Under the pieces are notes generated by a model, which was not told the DNA's origin, did not search any database, and was given only the letters and a program-made list of their open reading frames with translations. The translations under genes and the position numbers were made by a program. Below, piece after piece: positions 23,470 to 32,719 of a stretch of 36,128 bases of DNA (position 1 is the stretch's first letter; the number at the start of each line of letters is the position of its first letter). The stretch is taken from assembly GCA_024276705.1 (NCBI GenBank), contig JAJRWS010000696.1, positions 1 through 36,128 of the forward strand, read 5' to 3'. Origin of the DNA: Planctomycetota bacterium (GTDB lineage: Bacteria; Planctomycetota; Planctomycetia; Pirellulales; Lacipirellulaceae).

Positions 23470-26064
23470 CTACTTGCTGCTGCGCAGAAAAGCCAGCAGG
23501 TCGAGTATCTCGTCTGCCTGCAAGGTATCCAGCAGGCCGGTGGGCATCAGGGAAACATCGGAGGGCATTTGGTTGTCGATCTGATCGCGCCGAACCCGGA
23601 TGAGTCCCTTGGGGTCGAGCATGTTGGTACTGATATAGATAGCATCCCGGTCCAAGTTGAGGATGCGACCAACCAGCATGCGGCCGCCGACTTCAAATAT
23701 TCGCTGCCGGTACTGGTCCAGTATCTGGTCGTTGGGCTCAACGATGGCGCGCAGTAGATCTTGTGGCTGAAAACGGCGGCCGATACCGGTCAGGTCGGGG
23801 CCCAGGGCGGTTCCCAGTCCAGCCAGACGGTGGCATTGATGGCAGGTAGCAGCCGCGAACATTTTTTCGCCCCGCTCTAAATCGCGCGGTCCCGAGTCCC
23901 GCGACTCCAGTTCCAGCAATTCCTCGAGAGACCATTTTTGAACAGTGGGCCGAGTGCTGGGAGCGGCTTCGCTCCAGGTTCCCGGTTGCGCATTCAGGGC
24001 CTCGGCGACCGGTACCGCCAACGCTCCTTGTTGCACGGCTGGGATGCCCGCAATGAATCGATCTCGTGCTCGGACCAGGTAGCCATGAAACGATTCCGCT
24101 CCCGCCTCGGAGGCCATGCGCGTAAACCAGCGGAGAAGCTGCTCTCGCTGCTCGACTTGCCAGCCGGTGTGGACCTCGCACAAGGCCAAGGCAAATGCGA
24201 TCTGTTGTTCCCGGGATATGCTACGCTCGATGCATTGCAGTAGCCGGGGTACCATTCGAGGTGCCTGTAGCGACACCAGCAGGTGGCTGAGCTGCCGGTC
24301 GGTCTGAAAATGGCCACTGGGAAAATGGGGCTGGAAATATCGCCGCAGTTGCCCACGCGACGGTTCGGGCAGTTGCATTCGTAGCAGCAGGAGCTGAGCG
24401 ATACGCACGATCTCCAGCCGTTCGTCCGGCTTGCTCGCTTGCCAATCGTTGGCGAGCAGGGCGGCGGCGATGGCTGGCCCTCGCGTCTGCCCGAAGGCTG
24501 AATCTTCCGCTCGAACAAGCCCCAGCAGGGCGGTTCGTCCGCCGGTTCCCACGGGCATGGCCAGGGCCCGTTCGGACCAGCTCGAAACCGGCTGCCATTC
24601 CAGGGCGATCCGGGCCGCATGGCGAATAAAGCGGTCGGGGTCGGACAGGGCGGGCCAAAGCTCGTCGAGAACATCGGCGGTTTGGGAGCCGGCCGGACGT
24701 TGTAGCCGTTCGAGTCGTTGTCGCCGTTTTCGGGCCGCTGCTGCCCGGTCTTTGCTTGCCTGATCCGGTTCGATAAAAATTTCCTGGTTGGCGGGTGGCC
24801 TGATCGTGCTGGCAGGGTGATTCTCGGATTGATCGTCCACCACGATTCGGTACAAGACCGATTCGGTATGGCGCCCACCTACGATAAAGTACAACGCCCC
24901 GTCTTGCGGCCGGACCACCAGGTCGGTGACGGCCAGCGGCATCGCGGTGGCAAACAGTTCGACCTGGCCCCGGTAGGTGGCGCCCTCGGGTTGCAAGTGA
25001 ATCGCGTAGAGATTGCCATAGCTCCAGTCGCTGGCGAACAGGGCTTGCTGGTAGGGCGGTGGAAAATGCGTGCCGGTGCCGAAGGTGAGTCCCGTGGGCG
25101 AACCGGGGCCCACATCGACGACTGGCGGTAACGTGTCGGGGTAGCAGGCGGGCCATTTGCCATTGCCGGCTCGCCAGCCATAGTCGCTGCCATCCACGAC
25201 GTGGCAGACACGCGTCGGCCGATACCAGGGCGTACTGATGTCCCACTCCATGTCGGCATCGAATGTAAAGCATTCGCCGGCCGCGTTGACCGCCAGATCG
25301 TATGGATTGCGGTAGCCAACACTCACCAGCGTCAGCAGACGATCGGCCGGCAGTGGGGTCCCGGGCGGGTTTCCGCCTGCCCGCTTCTCGTCGAGCCGAG
25401 TCAGATCGATACGAGCCACCCAAGCTCCTGGCGCGGGCAGGCCTGCCTCGTGGCCTTGCGGATCGTCGAGGCGTGGCAGCAGTTGGTCTTCACCCCAATG
25501 GGCCGGAACCACACTCTGGCCTTCGGTGGGCAAAGCCGTGTGATTGCCGGCGCAAATCCACAGCGATTTTCCATCTGCCGCGGCGACGATCGCATGGGGG
25601 CCATGTTCGCCCGATCCAGCCAAGGCGCAGAGCCACTCGACCTGGTCGAACCGGTCGTCGCCGTTGGTGTCACGAGCCCGATAGAGTCCTGAGGAGTCCG
25701 CGGCATCGCGCTGGTTCTTCATCACGTAGAGACTACCCTGATGGAATAGCAGGCCCTGAGCACTGCCCAGGGCGACTGCCAGACGCTCGACTCGCGTTTG
25801 CTCAAGCGGGGCAGCCAACGGCGCGGGAGTGATGCGGTACAAACTCCCCCGCTCGTCCGAGGCGATCAAACGGCCCCGGCCATCGACGGTAATCGAGACC
25901 CAAGATCCTTGGGTGGCCAGCGGCACTCGATAGACGACCTCGGCCCGAAAGCCGGGGAGTGTATGGATGCGTTCGTTTTCGGCCCGGACCCACTTGCCCG
26001 GCAGAATCGATGCGAGCAGGCAGAGACCGCACCAGGCGGAAATTGAAATTCGTAGAATTGGCAT
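23470..26064 (-). CDS. Secreted beta-propeller dehydrogenase-like / HEAT-repeat / c-type heme-binding protein (Pirellula/Verrucomicrobium type, TIGR02604+TIGR02603-like)
   Basis: The internal ATG at 26064 gives the signal peptide MPILRISISAWCGLCLLASILPG. Propeller-like FTFDADMEWDISTPWYRPTRVCHVVDGSDYGWR. C-terminal CHQCH heme motif followed by ..MPTGLLDTLQADEILDLLAFLRS. Confidence 0.9.
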   Translation of the reverse strand: MPILRISISAWCGLCLLASILPGKWVRAENERIHTLPGFRAEVVYRVPLATQGSWVSITVDGRGRLIASDERGSLYRITPAPLAAPLEQTRVERLAVALGSAQGLLFHQGSLYVMKNQRDAADSSGLYRARDTNGDDRFDQVEWLCALAGSGEHGPHAIVAAADGKSLWICAGNHTALPTEGQSVVPAHWGEDQLLPRLDDPQGHEAGLPAPGAWVARIDLTRLDEKRAGGNPPGTPLPADRLLTLVSVGYRNPYDLAVNAAGECFTFDADMEWDISTPWYRPTRVCHVVDGSDYGWRAGNGKWPACYPDTLPPVVDVGPGSPTGLTFGTGTHFPPPYQQALFASDWSYGNLYAIHLQPEGATYRGQVELFATAMPLAVTDLVVRPQDGALYFIVGGRHTESVLYRIVVDDQSENHPASTIRPPANQEIFIEPDQASKDRAAAARKRRQRLERLQRPAGSQTADVLDELWPALSDPDRFIRHAARIALEWQPVSSWSERALAMPVGTGGRTALLGLVRAEDSAFGQTRGPAIAAALLANDWQASKPDERLEIVRIAQLLLLRMQLPEPSRGQLRRYFQPHFPSGHFQTDRQLSHLLVSLQAPRMVPRLLQCIERSISREQQIAFALALCEVHTGWQVEQREQLLRWFTRMASEAGAESFHGYLVRARDRFIAGIPAVQQGALAVPVAEALNAQPGTWSEAAPSTRPTVQKWSLEELLELESRDSGPRDLERGEKMFAAATCHQCHRLAGLGTALGPDLTGIGRRFQPQDLLRAIVEPNDQILDQYRQRIFEVGGRMLVGRILNLDRDAIYISTNMLDPKGLIRVRRDQIDNQMPSDVSLMPTGLLDTLQADEILDLLAFLRSSK

Positions 26065-26128
26065 GGGTTTCTTTGTCCGGTTTCCCCGGTCGATTTTGCC
26101 GTTTGCGTTCGTTACAATAAATTCAGTA

Positions 26129-26238
26129 GTTCCAAGAATGGCCGATGAAGCCGACCCGGGCAACGTGCAAACTGCCAAAAATACCGGTTTCCGGGCGGCT
26201 TATCGCCTTGTCCTACGTGGCAATTTGGAAGTACTGAA
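26129..26238 (+). repeat. Interspersed hairpin repeat family C, copy 3
   Basis: gttccaagaatggccgatgaagccgacccgggcaacgtgc..ccggtttccgggcggcttatcgcc..caatttggaagtactgaa, 65 nt upstream of the 26064 start. Confidence 0.8.
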
Positions 26239-26338
26239 TTCTCTACCGTGACACCCTTGGCAGGCGGCTCATCTGCCTGGAACTCCAGGTTCGTTCAATC
26301 AACCCTTACCCCAGTCCGACCTTCAGGCCAATTTCTTT

Positions 26339-28645
26339 ATGCTAACCCACCGACGCGTTGTCGTCTTGGCCTTGATAGGCCTGTTGCTGGCTGGCTGGCT
26401 CACTGCCGACTGGTATATCGGCTTGCCCGAGGCTGCGGTTGCGCACTATACGGGGCGGCAAACGTGTGTTGAGTGTCATCAGACGGAAATGGAGCTGTGG
26501 AAAGATTCGGACCATGATCGGGCCATGGAGATAGCCGACGAACAGTCGGTGCTGGGCGATTTTAACGATGCCACTTTTCGCCGCTTTGGCGTTACGACGC
26601 ACCTGTTTCGCCGTGGCGACCAGTACTGGGTCAATACCGAAGGCCCGGACGGCGAACTGCACGATTACCAGATCAAATACACCTTTGGCATCAGACCCCT
26701 GCAGCAATACATGGTGGAGTTTCCCGATGGTCGCGTGCAGGTGTTGCGTGTTACCTGGGATACGGTGAAGCACGAGTGGTTTTACGTCGCGCCGCCCGAC
26801 GTGCGGGACGAGAAACTCGAACCGGGTGATCCGCTCCATTGGACCGGCCTGGCTCAGAACTGGAATACGATGTGTGCCGAATGCCATTCCACCGACGTGC
26901 GGAAGAATTACGACCTCAAGGCCAATACCTATCATACCACGTTCGAGGAAATCGATGTCAGTTGCGAAACGTGTCACGGTCCGGGCAGCCTGCATGTGCA
27001 ACTGGCCCACAGTTTTTCTTTATTTTGGGATCGCCAACGCGGGTATGCGTTGACCGGGCTGACCGGGGCCGACAATCGTCAGCAAGCGGAGACATGCGCT
27101 CCATGCCATTCCCGCCGGTCGCAAATTCATGCCGATTACCATGCCGGGGGAGGGCTTGCCGACGACGGGCGTTCGACCAGCGGCCGCCGCGGGATCTCGT
27201 TTACCGACTACTTCGAGCTGGCGCTGCTCGACCCCGGCCTGTATCACGCGGATGGCCAGATCCTGGATGAAGTGTACGTATACGGTTCCTTCCTGCAGAG
27301 CCGGATGTATTACGAGGGGATCCGCTGCACCGATTGCCACGACCCGCATTCCCTTCAGTTGAAGTATCCGGGGAACCGATTGTGCGGCCAATGCCACTTG
27401 CCTGGTAAATACGACTCGCCCGCCCATCATCACCACAAGGTCGAGACGGACGCCGCTCTGTGCGTCAATTGCCACATGTCCAGCCGGACTTACATGGAAA
27501 TCGACGGCCGGCGTGACCATAGCCTGCGTATTCCCCGGCCTGATTTGACGGTGCAAATCGGTACGCCCAACGCCTGTGGCGATTGTCATACGAAGCCGGA
27601 TGAAACGGCAGCGTGGGCTGCCGACGCAGTGGTGCGGTGGTATGGCAAGGGCCCCCGACCGGCCGCCGCCCTACCTGGCGATCGGTGGTCGCACGGCACG
27701 CACTATGGGGTTGCTTTTCATGCCGCCCGACAAAACCTGCCAGAGGGAGAAAAACTGCTCCGCGATTTGCTCCGCCGCCAGGTGACTCCTGATATCGTGC
27801 GGGCCACGGCCATTGGCTTGTTGGCGGGCTACCCAAGTTCGGATTCGAACAAGCTGTGCCGCGAAGCGCTGCGGCACAGCAGTCCACTGGTTCGGGCCGC
27901 GGCGGTTCGCGTGCTCGCCGGCGGGAGGCCTGGGCAATACACTCAGGAATTGGCCGGCAGGTTGGACGATCCTTCGCGGATGGTGCGCATGGCCGCGGCC
28001 GGGCATCTGGTGCCCCAGGCCGAGCAGCTTCGCCGTAGCGAATTTCGAGAACCTTTCAAGCGAGCGATCCAAGAGTACCAGGATGGTCAGCAAGTGATGC
28101 TCGATCGGGCCGGTTCGCACCTGAATCTGGCAAGCATGTATGAGCAATTGGGCAATCTGGCCGCGGCCAGGCGGGAGCTGCGCACGGCGATTCGGATTGA
28201 GCCCTACCTGACCGGCCCACACGGTGAGTTGGCCCGACTGCTCGACCAACTTGACAGCCATGAAACGACGGAGGAGGTTCGGGCGCTACGTACTCGTGAG
28301 GTTGAATTGTTGGAACGCGACTTCCGGCTCCTGGCCAATGTGCCCATATTGTATTATCGCCATGGCATGTTGCTTTACTTGTTGGATGAACCGAAGCGGG
28401 CGCTCGAGTCGCTACGTGAAGCATGCCGGCTCGCTCCCGATTCGTATCAGTACTGGTTGGCGTTGGCCCTGCTGTATGAAAAGCAGCAGCTTTGGGACGA
28501 TGCGCTCGATGCGTTACGGAACATGCAGAGGATCCAGCCGGAGGATCCAGCCATCCGGGGTATCTACATGCGCATGCAGCAGGCGATAAAGAGAGCGGAG
28601 GGCGGAGGGCAGAGCAGAGAGCGGAGAGCGAGAAGTGAGAAGTGA
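26339..28645 (+). CDS. Membrane-anchored octaheme c-type cytochrome (cytochrome c554-like multiheme region) with C-terminal HEAT/TPR repeats
   Basis: N-terminal TM VVVLALIGLLLAGWL. Eight CxxCH motifs: CVECH, CAECH, CETCH, CAPCH, CTDCH, CGQCH, CVNCH, CGDCH. TPR-like C-terminus. The last ~15 aa run into an agagcggagagc repeat. Confidence 0.9.
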   Translation: MLTHRRVVVLALIGLLLAGWLTADWYIGLPEAAVAHYTGRQTCVECHQTEMELWKDSDHDRAMEIADEQSVLGDFNDATFRRFGVTTHLFRRGDQYWVNTEGPDGELHDYQIKYTFGIRPLQQYMVEFPDGRVQVLRVTWDTVKHEWFYVAPPDVRDEKLEPGDPLHWTGLAQNWNTMCAECHSTDVRKNYDLKANTYHTTFEEIDVSCETCHGPGSLHVQLAHSFSLFWDRQRGYALTGLTGADNRQQAETCAPCHSRRSQIHADYHAGGGLADDGRSTSGRRGISFTDYFELALLDPGLYHADGQILDEVYVYGSFLQSRMYYEGIRCTDCHDPHSLQLKYPGNRLCGQCHLPGKYDSPAHHHHKVETDAALCVNCHMSSRTYMEIDGRRDHSLRIPRPDLTVQIGTPNACGDCHTKPDETAAWAADAVVRWYGKGPRPAAALPGDRWSHGTHYGVAFHAARQNLPEGEKLLRDLLRRQVTPDIVRATAIGLLAGYPSSDSNKLCREALRHSSPLVRAAAVRVLAGGRPGQYTQELAGRLDDPSRMVRMAAAGHLVPQAEQLRRSEFREPFKRAIQEYQDGQQVMLDRAGSHLNLASMYEQLGNLAAARRELRTAIRIEPYLTGPHGELARLLDQLDSHETTEEVRALRTREVELLERDFRLLANVPILYYRHGMLLYLLDEPKRALESLREACRLAPDSYQYWLALALLYEKQQLWDDALDALRNMQRIQPEDPAIRGIYMRMQQAIKRAEGGGQSRERRARSEK

Positions 28646-28771
28646 GGGGTTCCCAAAAGTGTTCGGCACAGTGTGTGCTGCAAGTGATGGGAAGGGGGAT
28701 GGAGGAGAAGATGGGGATGGAGAACGCAGGGTTCTCTGCGACATAAAAAGTCACGTACCACCCGCATAGCG

Positions 28772-28943
28772 GGTGGTTTGAGGAAGGCTCCTCAAAGGAG
28801 CCGAGAAGAGAATATCGTACTCGTACTCAGCAAAGCGGTACTCGTACTCGAACCCGACTGGGAGGCAAGGTCGGTCATCATCAATATCCATGGCCTTATG
28901 TTTCTGTTGAATGCAGTGGTTCCAGTCGAGTACGAGTACGAGC
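28772..28943 (+). repeat. Repeat family A, copy 1 (short GAGTAC tract)
   Basis: 172 bp with 3 mismatches (manual alignment) to the reverse complement of 35957-36128. The apparent ORF 28778..29026 is a translation of this repeat. Confidence 0.85.
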
Positions 28944-29126
28944 AATATCACTGCGGAACTATCAAACTCTTTCAGTCTCCCGGCAAAGCCGAGGGGTTTC
29001 TCAGAAGAATAAGGAGTGACCAATAAACCCTGGCTGCTCGCCAGGCCTTGTGGTCAGCTAGCACTGCTGGTATGCACTCTGGGCAAACTGCACTTATCCG
29101 CTGAGATGGCCGATAAAGATCCAGTA

Positions 29127-29228
29127 AGGATCGTTCGAGAAATAACTGTCCGATGTCCCCTCGCCCCTTTGGGGGAGAGGGCAGGGTGAGGGGCCTGGAA
29201 ACATGCCAGTTATTTCTCGAACGATCCT
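29127..29228. repeat. Palindromic MITE/REP-like repeat family B, copy 2
   Basis: Identical to 21379-21479 except for one extra G in the central G-run. Confidence 0.85.
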
Positions 29229-29307
29229 AAGGTGCCGTACTCGCGGTAGAACGGGTTACGGCTTGTGGCTGGCAATCCAGTCGCTCTCCGCTCCTCTAGA
29301 CGGTGGA

Positions 29308-29832
29308 ATGGATTCCATGGTTTCGCTTCTATTACGGCCGGTGCGCCAATTGGCTTTGGCGCTGGTCGCCAACGATTCGCCACGCCAGATCGCCTGGGGT
29401 TTTTCCCTGGGCATGCTCGCTGGACTGGTGCCGAAAGGGAGTCTGTTGGCGGTGAGCCTGTTCGTATTGCTCTGTGCTCTGCGAGTCAATAAGCCGGCTG
29501 GCCTGATGGCGATGGGGCTCTTTTCGGTCGTGGGGACCTGGCTCGATCCGACTGCCCATGCAATCGGTGCGTTGGCCCTGACCTGGGAACCGGCCAGACC
29601 CCTGCATGCGTGGCTGTATTCCCTGCCGTTAGGTCCCTGGTTGGGACTGAACAACACGGTTGCCCTGGGGCAATTGGCGATTGGGATGTACTTGTTCTAT
29701 CCGACTTATCGTATCACTTGCCTGCTGGTCACCAGGCTACAACCTCGGGCCATTGCGTGGCTGCAGCGGTATCGGGCCATTCGCTGGCTCACGGGCTTGG
29801 AGCTGGGAGCACGATTAGGAATGGACCGATGA
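29308..29832 (+). CDS. Small polytopic membrane protein, DUF2062/TIGR03546-like
   Basis: The start at the internal ATG 29308 is preceded by GGTGGA. SPRQIAWGFSLGMLAGLVPKGSLLAVSLFVLLCAL.. plus three more hydrophobic segments. The upstream part of the ORF is repeat B. Confidence 0.7.
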   Translation: MDSMVSLLLRPVRQLALALVANDSPRQIAWGFSLGMLAGLVPKGSLLAVSLFVLLCALRVNKPAGLMAMGLFSVVGTWLDPTAHAIGALALTWEPARPLHAWLYSLPLGPWLGLNNTVALGQLAIGMYLFYPTYRITCLLVTRLQPRAIAWLQRYRAIRWLTGLELGARLGMDR

Positions 29833-31625
29833 AGTTATTGCGTTGGAAATATGTGTTGCCGCGGCTGCTGTTGTTACTGACGGTTGTACTGTCCATTCAT
29901 TTTGGCTTGGATCCGCTGGTCCGTTATGGCCTTGTGGTTGGCAGCGAGTCGGCGGTTGGCGCGAAAGTCGAATTGGCCAGTCTCCGCAGTTCCCTCATGC
30001 AAGGTGAATTGATGCTGGGGCAATTGCAAATTGCCAATCCGCGCTCGCCGATGCGTAATCTGTTTCAGGCCGAGCGCGGACGGTTGTTGTTCGACACCCA
30101 AGCTTTACTCGACAAACGACTGGTTGTTCGTAGCGGCACATTGCGTGGCATCGAGTGGGATACCCCTCGAGTCCCTTCCGGCGATTTGGCTGCCGAAAAG
30201 GCGATTGCCGGGGAAAACCAGAGCGAACCGGCGGGACCTCCTTCCTGGCTGGAGTCGGGCCGGCAAAAGGGAGCCGATTGGTTGGCTGGGACCCGTGCCC
30301 GGTTGGAGCAAGATCTGGCCGGTAAACTGGAAACACCGCGGGTTGTTCAGCAGTTGCGAGCTCGCTGGCCGCGGCAGTTGGCTGAGATGCGTGGTCGGGT
30401 GGACACGCTGCGCGGACAAGTCCAGCAGCTTCAGGGCCAGATGAAATCGTTTGGTAAAAATCCATTGCGAGGCATGGAGCAGATGGAACAGTTGCAGCAG
30501 TCGCTGCACAGCGTGCAGCAGGAACTGTTGTCGGTTCAGGGAGAATTGAACCGTTTGCCCCAGCAGGCCGGCAAGGACCGGCAGGCCATTCAAGTGGCTC
30601 GTGTGCATGACCAAAAAATGTTGCGTGACACCCTGTCAGGAGACGGATTGAACGGCGAGCAGCTCAGCGAACAGTTGCTAGGCCCGGTCGTAGCCGAACG
30701 GCTCAAAGTCGTACTCCACTGGGTTCGCACCATCCGTGCGCTGGCCCCTAACCGGCCAGTACGCGCCAAGACCGGTTCGGCCCGAGGCGTGGATGTCCAT
30801 TTCGTGGGCCAGCGGCCACAGCCCAGGCTGCTTGTTCAGCAGCTTGCATTAACCGGAACGGTCCGTATGGGCGCTACCTCGACCGACTGGATTGGCACCC
30901 TCCGTGATGTCAGCGACCAACCATCTTTGCTCGAGAAGCCGACACACCTGCATGTGCAGGGGATAGGCATGCTGGACTTCACCGTCGATGCCACCCTCGA
31001 CCGTACCGGTGTGGTCGCCCGGGATACATTTCGAATGGATTGTCCCGACTTTCCACTGCCCAGCAAAACAGTGGGAGGTGGCACTCTGGCATTGCGGCTA
31101 GATCTGGGTAAAACGAAACTACAGGTCGCCTTGAACCTGACCGAGGATCGATTGGAAGGCCGGGTTCATCTCAAGCAGTCCGCCGTGCGGATGCAGCAGA
31201 TCAACAAGCCGAGCTTCGCGGATAAATCGGTCGTTGCCAAACTGAATCGATTGGTCGGTCAGAGTCTTGCGGGTATCGAACAATTGGAAACCACGGTTGA
31301 GTTGGCTGGCACGCTCCAGCAACCTGCCTGGCGAATCGAATCGAATCTCGGCCCGGAATTGGCTCAGGGGATCAACCAGGCCACTCGGCGATTACTCCAA
31401 CAGCAAGCCACGGCAGTGCAAGATTCTATTGCCCGGCAGGCGGAGAAACAAATGGTGCAGTTGGACGGGCAGCGTCAGGAGGCCCAGCAGAAATTGCTAA
31501 CACGTCTGGGGGACAGCCGGCAGTTGATCGAGCAGTTGGCCAGACTGGGTGGAGAGAGAGGACGGTCGGTTCCCAAACTGGGAATGCAGCCCTCGGTACT
31601 GAAAAAAATCGGTCTGGTGCGCTAA
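29829..31625 (+). CDS. Large membrane-anchored AsmA-like/TIGR03545-like protein with a central coiled-coil
   Basis: ATGA overlap with the previous gene. MKLLRWKYVLPRLLLLLTVVLSIHFGLDPLVRYGLVVGSESAVGAKVELASL.. Central QQLQGQMK..LQQSLHSVQQELLSVQGELNRL. Family names are from memory. Confidence 0.8.
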   Translation: MKLLRWKYVLPRLLLLLTVVLSIHFGLDPLVRYGLVVGSESAVGAKVELASLRSSLMQGELMLGQLQIANPRSPMRNLFQAERGRLLFDTQALLDKRLVVRSGTLRGIEWDTPRVPSGDLAAEKAIAGENQSEPAGPPSWLESGRQKGADWLAGTRARLEQDLAGKLETPRVVQQLRARWPRQLAEMRGRVDTLRGQVQQLQGQMKSFGKNPLRGMEQMEQLQQSLHSVQQELLSVQGELNRLPQQAGKDRQAIQVARVHDQKMLRDTLSGDGLNGEQLSEQLLGPVVAERLKVVLHWVRTIRALAPNRPVRAKTGSARGVDVHFVGQRPQPRLLVQQLALTGTVRMGATSTDWIGTLRDVSDQPSLLEKPTHLHVQGIGMLDFTVDATLDRTGVVARDTFRMDCPDFPLPSKTVGGGTLALRLDLGKTKLQVALNLTEDRLEGRVHLKQSAVRMQQINKPSFADKSVVAKLNRLVGQSLAGIEQLETTVELAGTLQQPAWRIESNLGPELAQGINQATRRLLQQQATAVQDSIARQAEKQMVQLDGQRQEAQQKLLTRLGDSRQLIEQLARLGGERGRSVPKLGMQPSVLKKIGLVR

Positions 31626-32587
31626 TGCTTAATTTAAATCGGCGTGCCCGCGAACTCTGCGAGCGACTTGTCCCGGAAGCCGAATCGTTGGGCATACGGT
31701 TGCACCGGCTTCCTTGTGGGACGCTCGTGTTGGACTTTGGGGTCGATGCGCCAGGAAGCAGGGAAGCGGGCATCTTACTGGCCCGCGTCTGCCTGGCCGA
31801 TCGAGCCAAGGTGGAAGTGATCGCGGACGATCCGGGGACAGCGCCCTGGCCGGCCGTGCATGTTGTCACCGAGCAGCCGATTGCCGCCTGCCTGGCCTCG
31901 CAGTATGCGGGTTGGGAAGTGAAAGGCGCGAATTATTTTGCGATGGGATCGGGGCCGATGCGTGCGAGCGCGGCGCGTGAGCCACTGTTTCGGCATTCGC
32001 CGCTGACGGAACTGGCTCGTCAGGAAAAGGGTGTGCCGTCGGTGGGCATCCTGGAAACAGCCCAGTTGCCCCCCGAGGATATTTGCCGTGCAATCGCCGA
32101 GAAATGCCATATTGGGCCATCCGAACTGACGTTGCTGGTTGCCCCCACCCATAGTCTGGCCGGTACCCTGCAAGTGGTGGCTCGCAGTGTCGAAACGGCT
32201 TTGCACAAACTGCATGAGCTGGCGTTCGATTTGAGCCGTGTTGTCAGTGGACGGGGACTCGCGCCGTTGCCTCCATTGGTTGCGGACGACCTGGCGGCTA
32301 TTGGCCGTACGAACGATGCCATCCTTTACGGTGGCAGAGTGACGCTCGAGGTCCATGGCGACGACCTTTCGCTGCAGGCCATCGGCCCCCAGGCACCCAG
32401 CAGCGCTTCGGCCGACTATGGGCGGCCATTTGTGGAGGTACTTGCCCGTACCCACAACGATTTCTACCAGGTCGACCCCCTGCTCTTCAGCCCCGCGGAA
32501 CTGGTGCTCAAGAATCTGGATACGGGCAACTCCTTTACGTTTGGTAAGGTCAACGACGAAGTGCTGGCCGAATCGTTTGGGAAATAG
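31625..32587 (+). CDS. mch: Methenyltetrahydromethanopterin cyclohydrolase
   Basis: 320 aa. ACLASQYAGWEV..FAMGSGPMRA..SLAGTLQVVARSVETALHKLHEL..IGRTNDAILYGG..ADYGRPFVEV..DFYQVDPLLFSPAE matches Mch along its full length as I recall it. TAATG overlap with the upstream stop. Confidence 0.9.
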   Translation: MLNLNRRARELCERLVPEAESLGIRLHRLPCGTLVLDFGVDAPGSREAGILLARVCLADRAKVEVIADDPGTAPWPAVHVVTEQPIAACLASQYAGWEVKGANYFAMGSGPMRASAAREPLFRHSPLTELARQEKGVPSVGILETAQLPPEDICRAIAEKCHIGPSELTLLVAPTHSLAGTLQVVARSVETALHKLHELAFDLSRVVSGRGLAPLPPLVADDLAAIGRTNDAILYGGRVTLEVHGDDLSLQAIGPQAPSSASADYGRPFVEVLARTHNDFYQVDPLLFSPAELVLKNLDTGNSFTFGKVNDEVLAESFGK

Positions 32588-32719
32588 AGCGGAGAGCAGA
32601 GAGCAGTACCATTAAAAAATGCTGCAATAATTACTTCCTGTTTTGAAATAGCCATACTTTAGATCATCAATCAAACATCCAACATCAAACATCCCACCTC
32701 ACTCATTACGCCACGGATC

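Noticed and set aside
23467-23472. Convergent cyclase and dehydrogenase genes abut with zero spacing (TGA immediately followed by the complement of TAG)
   Set aside because: It is noted as unusual for lacking terminator space, but it is likely just compact gene packing. Nothing further can be inferred.
23994-25423. Two long minus-strand ORFs (294 and 400 aa) in alternative frames
   Set aside because: They overlap the 23470-26064 gene, which has clear domain motifs in its own frame. The alternatives are Arg/Pro/Gly-rich GC artefacts.
26342-27010. 222-aa minus-strand ORF
   Set aside because: It is antisense to the multiheme cytochrome gene, whose eight CxxCH motifs fix the true frame.
28778-29026. 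82-aa ORF MRKAPQRSREENIVLVLSKAVLVLEPD.. and its 107-aa twin at 35799-36122 (YEYEHEHE..)
   Set aside because: Both are translations of repeat family A, including its hexanucleotide tract. The near-identity is at the DNA level and extends beyond the ORFs.
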